Under the pieces are notes generated by a model. That model did no database searches. It saw only the letters and a list, made by a program, of their open reading frames with translations, and was not told the origin of the DNA. A stretch of 20,000 nucleotides of DNA from an uncultured virus (IMG/VR IMGVR_UViG_3300008954_002234) (Duplodnaviria; Heunggongvirae; Uroviricota; Caudoviricetes), in IMG/VR virus record IMGVR_UViG_3300008954_002234, one strand, 5' to 3'. Position numbers and translations under genes: made by a program. Of the stretch, positions 8,101 through 15,938 are shown one piece after another (positions within the stretch are counted from its first letter, which is position 1; every line of letters starts with the position of its first letter).

Positions 8101-10898
8101 GACCTTTCTCTAGTTATGGCGTTATGCAGAGCAGAGAAACTAGGTATATACCCTCCTGCGGCGCTAGGTAAATTCATCTCTTCTATAAACGCCTTTATCT
8201 TCCTAGAGCCGGAACCGCCGCCACCTTTATTTATGCTTGTGAATACTTTGTTGGCCAAGCTGGTCATTGCATTTGCAGAGACACTTCTTTTGCCATCTGC
8301 CAATTTTAAAGAATCAGTGAAACCGAAACTACTTCTTAGTTTAGGTCCTGCAAAACCAGTCTCCTCAAAATCCCAAGTAGCATTTTGGTCGCCCCTAAGA
8401 CTCCTTTCAAATCCTATTGCATTTTTTGTAAGCGCATTGATAGACGCTTCAAATATAGACCCCTCTGCGCCTTTGGGAAATAGAGCGCCGCCTTGATTGG
8501 CTCTCATTTTGCTTATTATTTGCCCTGCTGGCTTAAACTCTTCTAAAACTCTTGGTCCAAAAAATTCATTAGTCACGTCCACTAAAGGCCCCGCCATATG
8601 TTTTTTAATCAAAGCGGCATATGCGTTATTAGTTTGAGGATCTTTCTTATTGTATTTGCCAAGAAAAGACTTTTGCTGAAAACCTCCTATCTGTACCTTC
8701 TCAGGCCTTACTCCTCCTTTAGAACCAAGCACTGGCGCGCCCTTAATTGCTGTTATCCCACTTGTGCTTGCTGTTATGGTGGAGTTGTTATTTGTCTCTC
8801 CAAATAACGAAAGGACTCCGTAGTAACCGCCAACATTAAAAAATGGCATAGTGGGAGCCTTCTTAGCTTTAGTTTTTCTAGCTGCTATTTTGCTAGCCGA
8901 GGTCTTGTAACCAGCTTCCTCAGCTTGTTCTGGGGATATGTATTTTTTGTCTCCCGGCTTTAGCCTCAATCTTGCCCCGATTTGTGAATTGCTCAGGCCT
9001 AGTGCAGGGTTTTTAACGAAGTTAGGTACATATCCGCCAGACAAAGCTTTTATAAAATCTTCATAAGCTCCAGAGCCTTTAGGCGGTATAACTGCTGTAG
9101 CTTTCTTGCCTTTTGAATTAGTGAAGTCAACCACACTTTCGTGGCCATTAGTCAATGCGGAAAACGCTCCGCCTCTTCCATTATGTATAGTATCTTTTTT
9201 TACTTTAGGGTTGGCTAATTGAGAACTGGAGTAGCCACCCATCATCATGCCTAATACTTCTTCATTTGCGAAGTTAGGGACATAACCGCCACTTCTACCT
9301 CTACCAAAAGCACCTCTGCCGCCAAATTTTCTTACCCCTCCTGCAGTTGCCCCAAAGTCAGGAGAGAAAGCTACATTCCCCCTACTCAAAGACGAAGCTA
9401 TTTGATTGGATATTAAAAGCTGTCTATCTAGAGCTATAGTTTCTTCATTTATCCTTTGTAGTACAAGTTGATGCGCATCTTCTACTGACATTGTCCCAGC
9501 TCTAATTCTATTCATAACATCTGGGTTCTCAGATAGAACGCCAAATATTTGTTTTTGTAAGTTTAACTGATTTTGGAATTGAGAGTTGAGCCCTGTTAGG
9601 GTTTTAAATGCGTCAGCTGCAAATGTAGCTAAGTTAGCAAATGTTTTGAACAAAACTCCGCCTATAATAATCAAACCGGGTCCACCTATAAACTTACCTA
9701 TAGACTCAAAGACACTTTTACCTATTAGCTGACCAGCTTTTGCTAAGTCGGAGTCTCCGGCAGCGGATTCGAAAGTAGAATTAACAGCTCCAAATATATT
9801 TTGTAGCGCAGGAGCAAGAGTCAAGGTTCCAAGTTCGGCTGCAGCCTGCTTAAAAGTGTTCATTGTTTTTTGAAACTGAGCTGCTAAAGTTTGGTTAAGC
9901 TCTTCGTTTCTTCGGATAGCTTGATCTGAAGAACCAACAGAAATGCCTAAAGCTCTATTATATATGCCCTGTTCTCTATTCAAGTCACTTAACGCAGCCT
10001 TTAACACGTTAACTTGGAACACACCACCGACTAATTCTGAGATCTGAGCTCTTTGTGATTGAGTTAAGCTATCAAATGATTTGGCTAAATTAGTCAGCAC
10101 TTTAATAGCAGGAAGAGTATCTCCTTCTAAACCTCTAACTTGTATGCCAAGATTTTCTAATTCTTTTATAACTCTTGGTCTTTGTATTCTGGTAAATATA
10201 GTCTTAAAACTGTTACCAATTACAGCACCACCTCTAGCTGTCTTTTGTTGAGCAGTAGTGACAATAGCCAAAAGTTGGTCTAGGTCTACTCCAGCCGCAA
10301 CAGCTGATGAGCCAACACGACCTAAGGCTTTTGCTAAATCTTCCGAGCTTACGGCAAAGGCAGCATCAACGTTAGCTAATTTATTGATTATAGTAGTGCT
10401 GTCTAAGCCTACTTTCGTGAAAGTGTTGAGAGCGGCTGTGAGAGCATTTACGGCATCAGCAGCATCCATGCCTGAGAGTCTAGTTAAAATCAGAGCATCT
10501 CTGGTTCTTTTTAGGGTCTCTGCTGTTCCTAGACCCTGCCTTGCGAGCTCTGTAGCGGCCTCTGCAGCCACTCTAAATGATTGCCCTGTGTCAGAGGCTA
10601 TCTTGAATAAATCGGAGCCAAACTTTTTTAGATTTTTGTCTGTAGCTTGTAGAATTACATTGATATCCTTTAATGATTTTTCTACTTCTACAGCGGCTTT
10701 AACGGTAGCCGTAAAAGCTTTCTTGACGGCAAGGATAGCTCCAGCAGAAGCACCAAAAGCCAAGACACGAGCATTAGAAGCGTCGAGAGACTTCTCAAAT
10801 TCACCTAATTGACCATTTATCCTCCCTAAAGGTCTAAAACCTCTAGTATTTAGGGCCAAGTCAATATTAATTCTTGTAGATCCTGCAGTTGTAGCCAT
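5118..10898 (-). CDS. Phage tail tape measure protein (TP901-type core), 1926 aa
   Basis: Ala/Gly/Lys-rich helical protein with a recognisable tape-measure core (LTRLSGMDAADAVNALTAALNTF...KLANVDAAFAVSSEDLAKALGRVGSSAVAAGVDLDQLLAIVTTAQQKTARGGAVIGNSFKTIFTRIQ), hydrophobic segments (GLIIIGGVLF; LATPLGLGVAAVGIG) and coiled coils. It follows the tube and chaperone genes. Confidence 0.93.
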   Translation of the reverse strand: MATTAGSTRINIDLALNTRGFRPLGRINGQLGEFEKSLDASNARVLAFGASAGAILAVKKAFTATVKAAVEVEKSLKDINVILQATDKNLKKFGSDLFKIASDTGQSFRVAAEAATELARQGLGTAETLKRTRDALILTRLSGMDAADAVNALTAALNTFTKVGLDSTTIINKLANVDAAFAVSSEDLAKALGRVGSSAVAAGVDLDQLLAIVTTAQQKTARGGAVIGNSFKTIFTRIQRPRVIKELENLGIQVRGLEGDTLPAIKVLTNLAKSFDSLTQSQRAQISELVGGVFQVNVLKAALSDLNREQGIYNRALGISVGSSDQAIRRNEELNQTLAAQFQKTMNTFKQAAAELGTLTLAPALQNIFGAVNSTFESAAGDSDLAKAGQLIGKSVFESIGKFIGGPGLIIIGGVLFKTFANLATFAADAFKTLTGLNSQFQNQLNLQKQIFGVLSENPDVMNRIRAGTMSVEDAHQLVLQRINEETIALDRQLLISNQIASSLSRGNVAFSPDFGATAGGVRKFGGRGAFGRGRSGGYVPNFANEEVLGMMMGGYSSSQLANPKVKKDTIHNGRGGAFSALTNGHESVVDFTNSKGKKATAVIPPKGSGAYEDFIKALSGGYVPNFVKNPALGLSNSQIGARLRLKPGDKKYISPEQAEEAGYKTSASKIAARKTKAKKAPTMPFFNVGGYYGVLSLFGETNNNSTITASTSGITAIKGAPVLGSKGGVRPEKVQIGGFQQKSFLGKYNKKDPQTNNAYAALIKKHMAGPLVDVTNEFFGPRVLEEFKPAGQIISKMRANQGGALFPKGAEGSIFEASINALTKNAIGFERSLRGDQNATWDFEETGFAGPKLRSSFGFTDSLKLADGKRSVSANAMTSLANKVFTSINKGGGGSGSRKIKAFIEEMNLPSAAGGYIPSFSALHNAITRERSAGIPSSKIRVGTSRSLASGLNPVGLGVYNTQDEPGGLGQGIRRSLARGINPKTAGVPNFADAGPDKALSENTNKMMKLTGGIFALQTAMQLLTNSTDDGSFESKESRVAMDKLSSTLMTMATIGMAGSMFDSTKGIGKALTSKVSLGSMNRGMSDLAAMGAMSLGDATSGMREGGRRTASRIKTNYNVNRQLHGMGRAASAGRAVKGAAMATRAGGAIAGGMGAAGAALATPLGLGVAAVGIGMATDHFLNEGSAVSKEARRLADVYQKTAEATEKNIGILNKLGDSMDMYEKTFHNSDASIREVMAAHDQVTKTLTELPSNIQAQLRAIINPQELKQAVEAAKEAEGAKKDAAQRRSDTQNDFQRMAETVWTGRSDARIQEEKGLGEDIIKRSMATGNQDYFKDATPQQLQEDMQKLLKAQGHLDADWGGGDNESARLLGEVQKNMGIEEQARLKNVEILGEDTDAGRHVINAQVKLFEEAIKNAKMMEAERKAREDILKANKEQRQALDATKKALADEQKIRLATIPILKKGAQAFLTGMGKVNLDDQLAQDKIRGDFAKQFKGSVTTAEGSLTAAQFTKGFAGTQLATDIGAQLSLASTKGVGAIDTGAVEQQLTELKKIHANADEYGKKNLEALESGLKALLASNNHLGGEMERQLYVQQQTAEASRIIAKQQQNLTKFGGAAAARDPSRLNNAFSQIMAGASAERMSLRIGSRQGLASARATKFAGMQEAFGGQLPERLRKKAVAAQFQASLGHMTMMNRELGGGMSRQEIAQAARQQAENAFKGDSLDRNTAALDSLALVLENSKLSHTSITGDAMALSQMESQQRSREQAVYGDYANRIQPGIENMATDIAGGARQSSRYTGKVDKTFERFLTGTLNEHDQGYREHGRNRLWGASRAHEQFMEGKTVTRSRPVLKEYEDGGMSMRDIRPDQEGGYTVNINVNGEEAGGAQEAQIRALMTAVLESASPGQRKRMMSNPAIKNVLTPK
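7920..9290 (-). repeat. Four dispersed GG[Y][VI]P[NS]F-type peptide motifs within the TMP
   Basis: GGYVPNFA 9267-9290, GGYVPNFV 9015-9038, GGYIPSFS 8133-8156 and AGVPNFA 7920-7940, all in the TMP frame. Confidence 0.85.
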
Positions 10899-10926
10899 AA
10901 TACCTTAAACCTCACAGTCTTTATTT

Positions 10927-10934
10927 AATTACAC
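10927..10934 (-). promoter_or_regulatory. GTGTAATT intergenic motif (candidate late promoter) upstream of the TMP
   Basis: Minus strand TTTTTTAAA-GTGTAATT-AAATAA, 28 nt before the TMP ATG; the same motif occurs in three other intergenic gaps. Confidence 0.55.
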
Positions 10935-10945
10935 TTTAAAAAAGC

Positions 10946-11953
10946 TTATAATCCATGTAACTCTAATATTTGGTCAAAATTCATTTTACCTCCTTGTTTT
11001 TCTATTTCTTCTGAAAGATCTATGGCTTTTTCTCCTTCTGATTCTAAAGACTTCAATTCATCCTTCGAAGCACCGAATATAGACTTCCCTCCTGCCTCCC
11101 CTTTGTCTTCGAACCCTTGTTTCATATCGGCTGTTTTGCTTTGGAGTTCGTACCAATCTATTATTTTCTGCGGGCTTTCTTGGTAGTCTTCGGTTGGGGA
11201 CTTGTGTTGGCTCATTAGGCCCTTAAAATATTTACCATGAGACATCAGAGCCGCCTGAAAATTTGTTAAACTTAATATAGGCTTGCCAAAAAAATTATAA
11301 GGATTGTCGCCGCACAGCATATAGGTATTCATAAAGAATGGACAGACGGCGACCCTTCTCAACTCTTCTCCAGAGAATCTTTCTGAAGCCATCTCTGCAT
11401 AGATAGATAAAGCCTCATTTACTTCTACTTGGTCAAGATAATCAAAATCTTCCTCACTATAGAATAATTGAGAAAGCTCTCTATCTTTAAAAAAGCATTT
11501 TTGAATAGTTATCTCACTTATTTTTTTATTAGCGAAACTCTCAGCAGTCATGCCAATATTTTCCATCCTTTGGTGAGATAGTGAATAAAGCTCATTAGTT
11601 AAAGGTTTTATTTGTTTCTCTATTTTATCTAGTTGACTTTTTACTAATAATTTTCTTTTTGTGTCTTCTAAATGAGATATTTCTTTTTTTAATCTTTGTA
11701 ATGTGATTTCATTTTCTTTATCCCACACTCCCTCTTCTATTAAAAATTTAATAGAGTCTTCTTCTGTTTTTAAACCTTTCTCTTGCCCCAAATCGAGAAA
11801 GTCTTTATATTGTTTTTCTGAATAACCTGTTTCTAGGTCATTTAAGTGCTTGATATGAACTCTTTTTCTTTCTACGCCTATCCTGTATTCAGAATATCCA
11901 AATATGATATCCCTATACAGCTCTTTGTATTTTTGGAAAGTGTTCTCACTCAC
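10946..11953 (-). CDS. Putative tail assembly chaperone (GT-like position), 335 aa
   Basis: Charged helical protein directly before the TMP; GTG start overlaps the upstream stop by 8 nt; shares GLxT and TAESxA motifs with the 312-aa upstream protein and has a distinct C-terminal region. Confidence 0.55.
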   Translation of the reverse strand: MSENTFQKYKELYRDIIFGYSEYRIGVERKRVHIKHLNDLETGYSEKQYKDFLDLGQEKGLKTEEDSIKFLIEEGVWDKENEITLQRLKKEISHLEDTKRKLLVKSQLDKIEKQIKPLTNELYSLSHQRMENIGMTAESFANKKISEITIQKCFFKDRELSQLFYSEEDFDYLDQVEVNEALSIYAEMASERFSGEELRRVAVCPFFMNTYMLCGDNPYNFFGKPILSLTNFQAALMSHGKYFKGLMSQHKSPTEDYQESPQKIIDWYELQSKTADMKQGFEDKGEAGGKSIFGASKDELKSLESEGEKAIDLSEEIEKQGGKMNFDQILELHGL

Positions 11954-12884
11954 TTTCTTTGGCTACTTCGGCTTCTTGAGTCTCTTCTATCGGTATATCT
12001 AATCCAGCCAGCATTTTAATTTTTTCGTCATAAACCTCTTGCAAGGTTTCGTCTTTTCTCACTTCATCTTTGATAAATTCAAGAGATTTTTCCACCCTTT
12101 TAAAGTCTTCAAAAGTCTTACAGTTTCCCCCATTCCAAGCAGACAGAAGATAGGAAGACCTCTCAATAAGCCGACTCTCAAAACTGACATATTTATCCTC
12201 TTCCGAGGCGATTCTTTCTTCGACTAATTCATACGCTTCAACTTTTTTGTCAAAGTTCTTACCCGCAAAAAAAGGCATATAATCATCTATTCCCCCACGC
12301 TCTTCATTTTTAAATTTAATATAAGTTAAAAACAAAAGCCACCACATATTCGTAAGTCTTGCAGCTCTGGATTCTGCAGTATGCTCATATAAGTCTTCTG
12401 CCTTAACTTGATATTTTTCGAGATCGGCTTTAAGCTCCTCCATTTCTTTCACTATTTCTTCAAGTTTTTTTTGTCTTGCTTCATCGCTGATCTCTTTATC
12501 CTCTTGTAGATTAAGCTGCACGAGCTGGAACTCTTTTTCTTTTACAAGTAATGACCCGTACTTTTGATTGAACTCATCTTGCTCTACTTTACTTAGAGCT
12601 CCGGCATCGTTACTATACCTTTTGGCAATCATGGTCCTAGTCAACAGGCCAGCTTTAACACCCTCAGATACCTTGACCGAATAAAATAAATTACATTCAT
12701 CAAACATTTTCCTAGAGGGTCTTTTCAGATACACCTCTACGTCTTCAGTTACCTCCTCTTCTCTCGTAATAGTAATTGGCTTACCTTCAGAGTCTTTAGA
12801 TTCCTCTTCTACTTTTTTAGTGTATTTTCTAGGAACTTTAAAATTATAAAGCCACTTCTTGGTATTTAACTTTTCTTCACTCAT
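11946..12884 (-). CDS. Putative tail assembly chaperone (G-like position), 312 aa
   Basis: Acidic E/K-rich coiled-coil protein between the tube and TMP genes; VYLKRP, GLLT and HTAESRA motifs. Confidence 0.55.
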   Translation of the reverse strand: MSEEKLNTKKWLYNFKVPRKYTKKVEEESKDSEGKPITITREEEVTEDVEVYLKRPSRKMFDECNLFYSVKVSEGVKAGLLTRTMIAKRYSNDAGALSKVEQDEFNQKYGSLLVKEKEFQLVQLNLQEDKEISDEARQKKLEEIVKEMEELKADLEKYQVKAEDLYEHTAESRAARLTNMWWLLFLTYIKFKNEERGGIDDYMPFFAGKNFDKKVEAYELVEERIASEEDKYVSFESRLIERSSYLLSAWNGGNCKTFEDFKRVEKSLEFIKDEVRKDETLQEVYDEKIKMLAGLDIPIEETQEAEVAKESE

Positions 12885-13179
12885 CTTCTTTTAATGTTAT
12901 GTCTACAAATTCAAGAGCCTTTTCTATTTCTCTTAAGCAGTCGTTTCCATGATCTAGTATTCTTTTTCTAATATGGTCGTACTTCTCGTTGGTGAAATAG
13001 TCAATAGATCCAATATCTAAATCATCTAATGTACCATCTTGAAGTTTTGAAAGAAAAGCTTTGTGCTCCCTGAGAAGATCCTCTGTAATCACAAAGTAAC
13101 CTTTGTACAGATTGATAATATTCCTATGTACCTGAAAGGATATGATATCCTTTACGCTAGCTCCTTTTTCCAACTTCAT
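12877..13179 (-). CDS. Hypothetical protein (100 aa, MKLEKGASVKD...)
   Basis: The ORF track start (13299) runs through the tube gene end and its terminator. ATG 13179 lies downstream of the terminator and 21 nt after the GTGTAATC motif, so it is the more plausible start. Confidence 0.7.
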   Translation of the reverse strand: MKLEKGASVKDIISFQVHRNIINLYKGYFVITEDLLREHKAFLSKLQDGTLDDLDIGSIDYFTNEKYDHIRKRILDHGNDCLREIEKALEFVDITLKEDE

Positions 13180-13200
13180 AGCCTCTTTGAAGTTATATGA

Positions 13201-13208
13201 GATTACAC
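13201..13208 (-). promoter_or_regulatory. GTGTAATC intergenic motif (candidate late promoter)
   Basis: Minus strand TTTTTT-GTGTAATC-TCATAT, directly after the terminator U-tract and 21 nt before ATG 13179. Confidence 0.55.
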
Positions 13209-13246
13209 AAAAAACAACAAAAAAATCCCCGCAAAGCGGGGATTTT
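13209..13246 (-). terminator. Rho-independent terminator after the tail tube gene
   Basis: Minus strand AAAATCCCCGC-TTT-GCGGGGATTTT perfect inverted repeat (13222-13246) followed by TTTGTTGTTTTTT, about 30 nt after the tube stop codon. Confidence 0.9.
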
Positions 13247-13277
13247 AAAAGAAAGAGTATTTGACTAAATACAACTA

Positions 13278-14381
13278 TTAAGGCGAAGCCGAATCCCACT
13301 CTCTAAGCCATAGACCTTTAGTGCCACTTCCGTGTGAAGTTTCACCAGAATCTACAATACAAGTGAAATCAAGAGTTACAGACTTGTTGGCTCCGATGCT
13401 CGAAGAGAATGAATGGCCATCAACTTTAGCATCTTTCATCTGCAGTTTCATACCTTTAACACCAGCGGTACCTTCTTTACATAAAACTATATCTACATCA
13501 AAACCGGGATCAACAGTAGTTGAAGTTCCGTCACCCACGATTTCAGTAAGATTATCAGCTGCCTGACTTGACACAATAGCCTCGAGTGACATAGTAGCAG
13601 TCATTGGGAAAGTGATTAGTCTTGCAAACTCAAATTGATCGCCCAATCTTTGAATAGATTCACGAGGCATATCCATATTTACTGTAAAACTTTGAACGTG
13701 AAGAACGTCAACACCCAAAGCCGGAACTCTATCGTTTCCTGAAGAAGTAAGATAAGAACTAGTTGCAGCCTTGAACCTAATGTTTCCGGGTCTTAGCACA
13801 GTTGGATCCGTAGAAGTCTCCTTGGTGCCTGTACCCGCTGTTCCGGCTCCCATCTCCATTTTAGTGGATTCCACATTAATTGTAGCGGAAGGAATATCTC
13901 CAACCGCTCCTGTCCAAGAAGCAGAACTTACAAAACCGTCGGGAATAATAATAGAGTTGTTTGAGCCCTTTCCTAGACCAAGATAATCCTTACCTTCATT
14001 GGCCAGAGCTATTTGATAATACTGTTTGTCTACAGCAGTCGCACTGTTAATGTTGTACATGATTCCGTTGTCAGCATTAGCGTTTGCAGAGGTTGTACCA
14101 AAAATTTGTTTTTCGTTAGTAGTTCCGGCCAAAGAATAAGTAAAGTCTAATGAGACCGTTGGAACTTCTACGATAAGTCTTTCAATCTGGCCGAGCTGAC
14201 CATATTGGTTAACATCTACCCTAGGGACAGTAAAAGCGTAGTTTGCGCTCTGTATTCTCTGTAGATTTACTGGTGACCCTTTAGACCCTGCAAAAAGGGC
14301 CTCACTCTGGTAAATAATGCGCTTTCTTGTTTGCCCAGCACCCTCGGCTGTGTTCGCACCTTGCAGTTTTGTTGTTGCCAT
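13278..14381 (-). CDS. Major tail (tube) protein with two tandem tube-like domains, 367 aa
   Basis: Canonical position after the neck/terminator genes; clearest SD in the window (AAGGAG) and its own terminator, as expected of a high-copy protein; internal duplication QRIQSANYAFTVPRVDVNQYGQLGQIERLI vs HVQSFTVNMDMPRESIQRLGDQFEFARLI. Confidence 0.8.
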   Translation of the reverse strand: MATTKLQGANTAEGAGQTRKRIIYQSEALFAGSKGSPVNLQRIQSANYAFTVPRVDVNQYGQLGQIERLIVEVPTVSLDFTYSLAGTTNEKQIFGTTSANANADNGIMYNINSATAVDKQYYQIALANEGKDYLGLGKGSNNSIIIPDGFVSSASWTGAVGDIPSATINVESTKMEMGAGTAGTGTKETSTDPTVLRPGNIRFKAATSSYLTSSGNDRVPALGVDVLHVQSFTVNMDMPRESIQRLGDQFEFARLITFPMTATMSLEAIVSSQAADNLTEIVGDGTSTTVDPGFDVDIVLCKEGTAGVKGMKLQMKDAKVDGHSFSSSIGANKSVTLDFTCIVDSGETSHGSGTKGLWLREWDSASP

Positions 14382-14391
14382 ATCTTAAATT

Positions 14392-14397
14392 CTCCTT
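14392..14397 (-). promoter_or_regulatory. Shine-Dalgarno AAGGAG of the tail tube gene
   Basis: AAGAAGGAG-AATTTAAGAT-ATG, 10-nt spacer. Confidence 0.75.
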
Positions 14398-14407
14398 CTT
14401 TAGTTTA

Positions 14408-14415
14408 AATTACAG
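14408..14415 (-). promoter_or_regulatory. CTGTAATT variant of the intergenic motif upstream of the tube gene
   Basis: Minus strand AAAAA-CTGTAATT-TAAACT, 26 nt before the ATG; one mismatch to GTGTAATT. Confidence 0.45.
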
Positions 14416-14442
14416 TTTTTATTCATTTTAGAGAAATACTTT

Positions 14443-15318
14443 TTATCCTCTGGGCATACGGTGACTGTGTAATTCAAAATCCACAAAAGCCGAAAATACA
14501 TTCGGATTTAGATTCTGAAAATCTCCTCTATTTGCTACATTTTTAGATACGTTTACCTCGTCTATATAGCAATAAGCTCCTGTTGCCACTCCCGTATAAT
14601 CATATGTTACACCTGTATATCCTCCAAGTGCATTTAAATTTAAATCAGATTGCTCGATAACGAACATATTCTGTCTCACTGTATCTTTTAGAATACCACA
14701 AACAGCATCTAAATTAAAGAGGGAATCAGCCAAAACTATTGCTCTAGCGTTAATAATGGTATCCTCTATTCCTCCCATAGCAAATTCTTCATTTCTGCCT
14801 CCATTATCCTTAATGAATACAGCCGGATAAGTCTGGGTACTCGACTCAACTCCAGTGTTAGAAGACGTACCTCCAACTTTAGGATTTAAGAATAACTTAG
14901 TTTCAAACAACAACTGCTCTTCTGGCATGCTAGTAAGAAAAACATTGAAATCTTTAACAGAATATCTACCGCTAACAGTCTTTCCTGCCATTGGGTCAGT
15001 TCCGGCATCTCCACCTGTAAAATATACCTGCCCCTGCATATGGTTAATTGAATGCAAGCCGCTTGTACCGGGTCCTATTGGACCATCTCCATCTACGTAA
15101 ACACCAGTAAGTATATTTGGCGTACTTGATCCAGTTATACCAGAATCAGATACTAGCTGTTTAAAAGGAGCAGCATATACATGGTAATCAGAGAAAAGGC
15201 TGTCTATCTTAAATAGATTGCTATTATTGTTAGTATAAGCATCGCCTTTCTGAGTGACCTGATGGTCAACAAAAAGAAGCAAGCTGCTCATTACTTTATT
15301 TTCGTATTGTACCTTCAT
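14443..15318 (-). CDS. Putative tail terminator/neck protein, 291 aa
   Basis: Directly precedes the tube gene. The TYPAVFIK...FAMGG...INARAIVLAD...VDFEL pattern resembles tail-terminator folds. ATGA overlap with the upstream gene. Confidence 0.5.
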   Translation of the reverse strand: MKVQYENKVMSSLLLFVDHQVTQKGDAYTNNNSNLFKIDSLFSDYHVYAAPFKQLVSDSGITGSSTPNILTGVYVDGDGPIGPGTSGLHSINHMQGQVYFTGGDAGTDPMAGKTVSGRYSVKDFNVFLTSMPEEQLLFETKLFLNPKVGGTSSNTGVESSTQTYPAVFIKDNGGRNEEFAMGGIEDTIINARAIVLADSLFNLDAVCGILKDTVRQNMFVIEQSDLNLNALGGYTGVTYDYTGVATGAYCYIDEVNVSKNVANRGDFQNLNPNVFSAFVDFELHSHRMPRG

Positions 15319-15938
15319 TGAGCAAGCCTTTTTCTATAGTTATCTAATATTTCTGTTATATACTTTGTAGGCTTAAAAATTCCAACATTCACATTTTTTT
15401 TGGTCTGCACAGCCGTCCCTGACCTTGATTTATCAAGCTTGCCTTCTCCATAATTTAGATACATATAATTACTAAACCCTGAAATACCATTTTCTATTCC
15501 CTTAACCCAGCTGTTGCCAGACTCCCAAGGCATCTGAGAAACTGAATCAAATGAAGATATAGTTGGAAAAGTTAAACTGTACCTATAGGAAGAAACGCCC
15601 CTGTTTCCTCTAATTTTTCTCTGCACTCCTACTATATCCAAATAACTCTTAAGCTTTTCTCTTACTTCGTCAGTTGGTCTATCGCTGGAATAAAAACCTA
15701 TAAAAGAAAAAAGATTTCCCGTTCCGCCCAATGTACCAGAAATATTTATTCCGCTAGGGCCTTGTTTTAACTCTTTAGTAACAATGTGATTATCAAACTC
15801 TTTTAAAGCGGCTCCTTTAAGACCTACAACTCTCCTGCGAAAAACCTTGTCAACTACTGCAGCAACCTGTGGAGCGTTTCTAATTGTTTTCTCTAGAAAC
15901 CCTTTCTTTACAAAAGCTTTTACTGGAAATACTGCCAT
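15315..15938 (-). CDS. Putative tail completion/neck protein (HK97 gp10-like position), 207 aa
   Basis: Basic protein between the head-closure-like and terminator-like genes; GNLFSFIG and WVKGIENG motifs; TAATG coupling. Assigned by synteny. Confidence 0.45.
   Translation of the reverse strand: MAVFPVKAFVKKGFLEKTIRNAPQVAAVVDKVFRRRVVGLKGAALKEFDNHIVTKELKQGPSGINISGTLGGTGNLFSFIGFYSSDRPTDEVREKLKSYLDIVGVQRKIRGNRGVSSYRYSLTFPTISSFDSVSQMPWESGNSWVKGIENGISGFSNYMYLNYGEGKLDKSRSGTAVQTKKNVNVGIFKPTKYITEILDNYRKRLAQ

Noticed and set aside
11946..12030. Canonical -1 programmed frameshift between the chaperone genes
   Set aside because: The downstream ORF is in the +1 frame, has a TAG four codons upstream of its GTG, and no in-frame X XXY YYZ site was seen near the junction.
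13180..13299. N-terminal 40 aa of the 140-aa track ORF (looks like a signal or TM peptide)
   Set aside because: It is a translation of the tube gene end, the terminator hairpin and the U-tract; ATG 13179 is the better start.
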